DNA from: Phoronis australis
Taxonomy: Eukaryota; Animalia; Phoronida
NCBI GenBank assembly: GCA_002633005.1
Contig: NMRA01000161.1
Location: 135,102 to 180,206 of the forward strand
DNA length: 45,105 nucleotides
Direction: 5' to 3'
Part shown: in pieces, positions 38,344 to 45,105 of the stretch
Position numbering within the stretch: the stretch's first letter is position 1
Layout of the letters: every line of letters starts with the position of its first letter
Notes under the pieces: model-generated
The model's database searches: none
Seen by the model: only the letters and a program-made list of their open reading frames with translations
What the model was told of the DNA's origin: nothing
Translations under genes and position numbers: made by a program

Positions 38344-38492
38344 AAATTGAGCTTATTTGTAAAACATTGTAATAGATGTTTTAAGAACTATTCAAGTTTT
38401 ACAACTCTTTAAATGGTTACTAAATGGACACAAATACAATAATTTAATCATGTCAATTGGACATGGTATATAATCAGAGTAATAACCAGTCG

Positions 38493-38620
38493 TCGGAGTT
38501 CTGATTTTGGAATGGCGGAAATTCGAATTAGCGAACTTTTGAAGGTAGCGAAACTTCGGAGTATTGAACATTCGAAAGCAGTGAATCTTCGGGGTAGTGG
38601 ACCTTCCTAATAGTGATCGG
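38493..38620. repeat. Degenerate 16-17-bp minisatellite
   Basis: TTCGAATTAGCGAACT / TTTGAAGGTAGCGAAAC / TTCGGAGTATTGAACA / TTCGAAAGCAGTGAATC / TTCGGGGTAGTGGACC. Confidence 0.65.
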
Positions 38621-39169
38621 CGTGAAACATTGGGAATCTTTTCTATCAATTTTGTTGCTCGTCGGCTCCGACACCCTCCCTCCAAACCCAACCGAAAAAC
38701 AACAAACAAAAAACACCAACATGCCATTTTCTAGTCATGCCCACCCCTTGTGACGTCTTAGATTTGCCAAAGAACACCAGAGAACACAAACAGACGTTGA
38801 GGCAACATAGATGTACTTAACAGGTCGCGCGATCTAAAATGGCCGCTTAATTGTCAGGCAGACTTGTTGGCACAAGCTGGGAAGTGAGCATGAAATCTTT
38901 GTCCATTCAAATAACTTCCCTTTAAAATAATTCTATATTGATATCCACAATCTTCAAGCTGTACAAGGAACATCGCTCACAAGACAGTGCACGTACAAAA
39001 TTAAAAACCAACCCCACCGTGATTTACGAATGACACAATACCAATACGTAATTGAAAGACTTCAAAACCACCTCCACATACCTTCCCAAAGAGAGCGTTA
39101 ACTCCTCCGGCCGCTTATCCCCCCTCATACTTATCCCGTAAATCCAGATTCTGTCGAAGAGACTTACCA

Positions 39170-39610
39170 GTTTTTTGGACCACTTGCCGCTATAAAACTT
39201 ACACGAACTTGGTCCTTAGTTTAACGAGAAGTAGGCGGTCAGGCTTGTTCTCGGTGTACCTTTTGACACTTCATCAACTCATATGTTTAACAAACTGGGG
39301 TGGCTCCCTATTGACAAATATTTTATAAATAGGCGTTTTTGTATGATGCATAAGTGTTTTCAGAATAATGTACCAACTTTACTTATTAATCTAGTAACCT
39401 CGTACTTGTTAGAAATAGCCACCAACTCAGGACAAGATTTTCTACCTCAAACAATTTGATTTTGCCTAAACAAAGAACTTCGTTTTATTCTAAGTCCTTC
39501 TTTATTCAGGCCATTCAACAGTGAAACAACTTACCAAATAGTCTAAAGGAGGCTGAATGTTATGATGATTTCAGACACCATCTCATTAGTTACATGTGGT
39601 CGTCATAACT
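39170..39610 (+). mobile_element. Decayed LINE (L2/CR1-group) ORF2 3' fragment
   Basis: AVRLVLGVPFDTSSTHMFNKLGWLPID, MMHKCFQNNVP and Q*NNLPNSLK (W mutated to stop). Confidence 0.7.
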
Positions 39611-39873
39611 GTGCCTCCTTTTGTCACTCCAATGAATATACCATATAACAATTTTTTTATTTATTTATTTATTTATTTTTAATTTAATCTGTAAATCCAA
39701 TTTTTAAATGATGTTTAATCCAATGTAACTTAGTTTAATTTATTTATATATTTGTCTATCTTAATTTATTTAATTTTTGCTGCAGACGACCATGCTGTAT
39801 GTTAGCCTTTGGCTAAAGCATGTTTATATCTATTATATTTTAACCTCTTTAAATAATTATCATGATGAACTAT

Positions 39874-39903
39874 AATAATGATGATGATGATGATGATGAT
39901 GAT
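39874..39903. repeat. (ATG)n microsatellite
   Basis: Directly visible; explains the poly-Ile run in ORF 39802-40167. Confidence 0.9.
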
Positions 39904-40413
39904 CATTATTATAGTTCCTGGGTCTGGTGAGATCAGACAGATCGTTAATTCTAGAGGACTGCTTCGTTGCAAAAAGAACTGCAAGGTAAAGCCAACTTTT
40001 TGCGGCGGGTCTAGAGAAATACCGATGTGACATCTTTTCGAAAGTCGAAAAATCACTTCTGAGGAAAGATCAAGTTTTAAACCAATTTCGCAACTGTAAG
40101 TGTTCAAAATCCTAACGGGATTTCCAAAAATGCACAAACGGGTGCTTTGATTTGAAGCGCGCTTCACTGGAAATCCCCGGTGAGTTGTAGTTTCATGGCG
40201 GTTTTCCCACTCAGGCTGAAAGTTTTACGAAGGGATACAACGTATGTGTATGCGGTGTTGAGGTAAAGAAAAAATGCAACAGATGCGTTCAGAGAACTGA
40301 TTCTTTTATTTTCTGAATCATGATTGTGGAATATTTCCAATACATTTCAGTCTTTTTAGACTTTTTGAAAATGTTTCACGCAGATTGCTGAAATAACTTT
40401 ATTCCATCTCGTC

Positions 40414-42008
40414 TTGGAGACCCGTTTCCATCCTGCGTTCCAATCTCTTTGGGCTCTCTTCACTGCGCAAAGACTTTTGCGAGTAGCTGTCACGCTTGAC
40501 CACGTGCAAGGGAGACCCCGATTTTAAATGTGCTTCCGAGATGCTGGAAAGGCAATGATTGTTCCATTAGTTTCTGAAAAAAAATGCCTGCTTGTTTGAA
40601 ACACATAGCAAACTTATGATAACAAGTTTGATTGTGTGGATTATATGTACGTGCAAAATCGTCGTGGGAATAGCATACTCGGTAAATGACGTGATGCCGG
40701 TGTTTTGATTACTTTCGCGCTGGCAGACACTCGTCTGCTGAGCCTGATTAGGAAGTGACGCCTGTCAAAATGATGTGTACATGTATTAGGCAGCACAAGA
40801 GTTGGTCGAGCAGTATGATATTTGTGAGGCCACGTTTTCATAAACATAGGATCACAACACTGATTGTTTACAATTCATAAATTCAGGGAAGCAGTTCATG
40901 TATATGTACTGTTAAATTTAAGCACAAGTTTGGGAAGTAGACCAGAGATTACAAACGATAGTCAAGGAATGAATATCGTACAGCCTGTAAAACTGAAAAA
41001 AAAATCAACAGCAGATGGGGACAGCTTGGGTATCAATAAGTTAATTAGTGTTTGGAGGAGTGGGTGAATTTTCGCTTACAACTTTTATTTCACTTTTATT
41101 ACACTATTTGCAAAATGTTCAGAAAAATTAGATTTCATTAAAGTGTTGAAAATCTGCAGGTATCAGGAGAAAATGTGTTAATTTTATTGACAGTCTGAAA
41201 ACAGACGTCANTTGGAAACCCGTTTCCATCCTGCGTTCCAATCTCTTTGGGCTCTCTTCACTGCGCAAAGACTTTTGCGAGTAGCTGTCACGCTTGACCA
41301 CGTGCAAGGGAGACCCCGATCTTAAATGTGCTTCCGAGATGCTGGAAAGGCAATGATTGTTCCATTAGTTTCTGAAAAAAAATGCCTGCTTGTTTGAAAC
41401 ACATAGCAAACTTATGATAACAAGTTTGATTGTGTGGAATATATGTACGTGCAAAATCGTCGTGGGAATAGCATACTCGGTAAATGACGTGATGCCGGTG
41501 TTTTGATTACTTTCGCGCTGGCAGACACTCGTCTGCTGAGCCTGATTAGGAAGTGACGCCTGTTAAAATGATGTGTACATGTATTAGGCAGCACAAGAGT
41601 TGGTCGAGCAGTATGATATTTGTGAGGCCACGTTTTCATAAACATAGGATCACAACACTGATTGTTTACAATTCATAAATTCAGGGAAGCAGTTCATGTA
41701 TATGTACTGTTAAATTTAAGCACAAGTTTGGGAAGTAGACCAGAGATTACAAACGATAGTCAAGGAATGAATATCGTACAGCCTGTAAAACTGAAAAAAA
41801 AATCAACAGCAGATGGGGACAGCTTGGGTATCAATAAGTTAATTAGTGTTTGGAGGAGTGGGTGAATTTTCGCTTACAACTTTTATTTCACTTTTATTAC
41901 ACTATTTGCAAAATGTTCAGAAAAATTAGATTTCATTAAAGTGTTGAAAATCTGCAGGTATCAGGAGAAAATGTGTTAATTTTATTGACAGTCTGAAAAC
42001 AGACGTCA
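40414..42008. repeat. 797-bp tandem duplication joined by a single N (41211)
   Basis: 40414-41210 vs 41212-42008; four substitutions seen. Confidence 0.93.
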
Positions 42009-42168
42009 TTTCGTGTAAATAACGTCTGAAGGAGTGTAGTATCTGTGGCCCTTTCAAGTGATGAAACAAGTTGGGTGTCGCACCCCTGAACATAGGTTCT
42101 CACTTATCGACACGGCTCACTGGCCCATCGAATGGCAAACACGGCTCAAATGCAGCGCTAGATTCACA

Positions 42169-42922
42169 GTACATGTACATGGGTTGCCCACCCCGGAATA
42201 CAGTCCAGGACTACAAACACAACTGACTTAGTGACTTTCCAACACGGTACACAGCCTCTGGGCAATTTCCATTGTTTCATTTTTCGTAATGACCTGACGT
42301 CAATAAAAAGGAAATGAACTTAAACATTTAACCTTATTTTCTTGTTTTGTTTTTTTTTTTACAAAAAACACGGTGTGTTTTGAGATCCGGAATTTGCGTC
42401 CGGCAAGAAACAAGGTGTCACATTGGGATTTGTAACCTGACTGGTTTCTATAACACACACGGGGTAAAATCACATGTGCATTGCAGTCTGGGATTAATTT
42501 AATTAATCATAAAGCTGTAGAGGTTGATTGAGGTTGGGATGCCCATNGTACATGTACATGGGTTGCTCACCCCGGAATACAGTCCCCGACTACCAACACA
42601 ACTGACTTAGTGACTTTCCAACACGGTACACAGCCTCTGGGCAATTTCCATTGTTTCATTTTTCGTAATGACCTGACGTCAATAAAAAGGAAATGAACTT
42701 AAACATTTAACCTTATTTTCTTGTTTTGTTTTTTTTACAAAAAACACGGTGTGTTTTGAGATCCCGAATTTGCGTCCGGCAAGAAACAAGGTGTCACATT
42801 GGGATTTGTAACCTGACTGGTTTCTGCAACACACACGGGGTAAAATCACATGTGCATTGCAGTCTGGGATTAATTTAATTAATCATAAAGCTGTAGAGGT
42901 TGATTGAGGTTGGGATGCCCAT
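42169..42922. repeat. ~376-bp tandem duplication joined by a single N (42547)
   Basis: 42169-42546 vs 42548-42922; several substitutions and a T-run length difference. Confidence 0.93.
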
Positions 42923-43649
42923 GCGAGGGAGTTTTTTGCGTTTGATTTGCTCCGGTATTGTTTCTTGCAATGGATTGTAGGGTTTAGGAATGTCTGTTTA
43001 GTACAAACAAAATAAGTATGTTGTTACCGAAAACAAATCCTGTTTGCACTTTTGGACTAATTTTCGGTCTAACGGCTTCAAACATTGTAAATGAGAGGAT
43101 CATATGCTTGCAATTCCGCGATTTGTGAAGCAGGTAGTGGGTGTTACCGCTTCTTAGTTGCATGATATATATATAGGCGTAATGTAAAGCCATCTTGAGG
43201 TATTTCAATAATTCAGTTTGGAAAGTTTGCGATTTTCTCAAACTATCTCCCCATGATCAAGCACAACCTGAATAGGGGTGAGTAGGGGGGTCTCATGCGA
43301 TGCTAGAATCTCTTACCTAGGGCAAAAGCAATAACTATTTTAACACGGGGACAATGGGGAACGGCTGATTTCTTAATGTGAGTAAAAACGTTTCACAGTC
43401 CCGCCGTTTTATCGACAACCGACTTGCATAAGAGCCATATCATTAAAAATCCCTTCACAAGGACATGATGGAATATGATTATACCAATTGAAGAGCAAAT
43501 AATTGAAGATGCTTTTTGTTTATTTCATATTCAGATAATGATTGCATAATAGTTGAATTGACTAGGATTTTTTAAATGTTCACAGTTGTTTTTAGTGTAT
43601 CAGTTGTGGTGTTTATGTAAAAACATTTTATTACCGGATTGTTTCGTTT

Positions 43650-44300
43650 ACTGATTATACATGTTCTTGTAAACACAGTTCTCCAGGTAGTCACTAGGTG
43701 ACGCTTGTTACAAATTCGAATCTTCACGGTTTTAATGAGAAATATCATCTTCAATGTTTTGTATAAATTTTCAACTTTCTCTAGGAACATAACGACCATA
43801 AAATGCAAATATGTTCCAATGTCTCTTGTTTACAGTATAACACAGTGCATGTAACAGTATCACTAATTTTTACTTTCCAAAAATATATATTTCTAAACTT
43901 TTATGTAATGTCCTACAATGTAGCCACTGCATTGAACTGCCCACAACATATTCCAAAGCTACCCAATACAGGCCCAGTTTTATCCATCAGAAAACCTTCA
44001 TCTGTACATTTTGGATGGTTAGTTAGAGTAATTAGTTCATCACACATTCTATAAATGTCAGTGCATCCTGAATTTTTAACAAAGAATGTAATTGTACCAA
44101 ACTGTTGTTAAATTTTAGATGAATGCCTGACTAAATTCTTCACTACAACTGTTAGGGATCTTTATTCTAAAATATTTGTCTTGATCCGGTAGCAATCTTT
44201 TGACCCACTGAAAATATTTCCTGATGATTTAATAAGCCAATGATGAAACCTCTCTGATACGTTTCTGTTTTATGTTAACATTACACAACAAATTGACATT
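43650..44300 (-). mobile_element. Decayed L1/Tx1-like LINE ORF2 C-terminal fragment
   Basis: KNSGCTDIYRM...FWKVKISDTVTCTVLYCKQETLEHICILWSLC, a CCHC-type motif with stops. Boundaries approximate. Confidence 0.55.
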
Positions 44301-45005
44301 ACACTTAATTAGGTGACTAACTAGTCAATTAATCAAAAATTAGCACATGGAGTGTTTCATTATTACAAGTGACTATTTTAAGCATTTTGGCTTTAGAATT
44401 TAAAAAAATATAGTGTAAAGTTTAAACTTGTCAGGAATACAAAATGATAATTATTGATCAAAAGATATTTATCTTTAGTTGGGGTATGCTCATAACCATC
44501 TAAAACAGATGAAGAGCTTTATAAATGATTAGAATTTTATTGAGTAGCGAAAAGTTTAAGAGACAGTAAAGAAAGTGACAGTTTTTCAAGTTGGCCTAGT
44601 GGTAAAGTGTACCTTTCTCCTAGGTACAGTAGGTCGGCATGGCAAGGCTGGACATAAGCTATTAAACGCTAAAAAAATATAAGTTATTCGAACGGTCTCA
44701 GACGCGACTTTTTTAGTCGTCGCGGTTGCGACAACTATATGTCCGATTGTACACATGGCAATTGTGTTCAGCTTTCTCCTAAACCTGTTTTGGAAAGTTA
44801 CAAATACGACAGCAATGACTTTTAAGTCATTGCTGTCGTTTAAAAACTGTGCCGTTGGAGCGTTTCTGTTTCGTTCACTAACACTCACGCGCCTTTCGTT
44901 TCGAAACGCGGCGCTAAACAGATCAACCTGTTCTCAAAGTGTACTGAATGTCCTCGATAAGAAATTGATTAACATGGAGGCAAAGCATTTCTTCATAATC
45001 AACGG

Positions 45006-45105
45006 CAGTGGCGGATTTAGAGGGGGGAGGGGGGCGGGCAAGGGAAACTCTCAGATTCCATTTGGCAGTTGAGGGTGCGAATGTCTGACTGGAAAAATCC
45101 TGGCT
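45006..45105. mobile_element. Possible left end of an hAT-like non-autonomous element
   Basis: CAGTGGCGGATTTAG followed by G runs; no partner terminus visible in the window. Confidence 0.3.

Noticed and set aside
40641-41865. Two pairs of near-identical small ORFs suggesting a tandem gene family
   Set aside because: Products of the 797-bp duplication at a single N; no coding signal.
44590-44660. tRNA A-box-like TGGCCTAGTGGTAAAG
   Set aside because: No convincing B box or cloverleaf; at most a decayed SINE head.

Overview
AT-rich, intron-rich animal DNA; the repeat content suggests a marine invertebrate, which is an inference. It is not prokaryotic: I found no operons, CRISPR arrays, rRNA or tRNA genes. 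The first 21 kb holds the 3' part of a + strand gene for a single-pass membrane protein. Five phase-1 exons each encode one thrombospondin type-1 repeat (TSR), and a last exon encodes a TM helix and a Ser/Thr-rich tail. The introns carry decayed non-LTR retrotransposons. In the last intron, an RNase H-bearing element contains a second RNase H-bearing fragment flanked by a perfect 10-bp target-site duplication. A ~2.6-2.8 kb block including the TM exon appears on both sides of a 98-N gap, most likely as two uncollapsed haplotypes, and one copy has an extra ORF1-like insertion. A second gene (32142-33263, 373 aa, uncharacterised, N-terminal coiled coil) follows a cluster of uORFs. The rest is MITE-like elements, LINE fragments, microsatellites and three duplications at single-N joins that look like assembly artefacts. 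The palindrome TACATGTA is strongly over-represented. I cannot claim a new biological system. The best leads are the TSR receptor, the nested retroelements, the uORF cluster and the TACATGTA excess.
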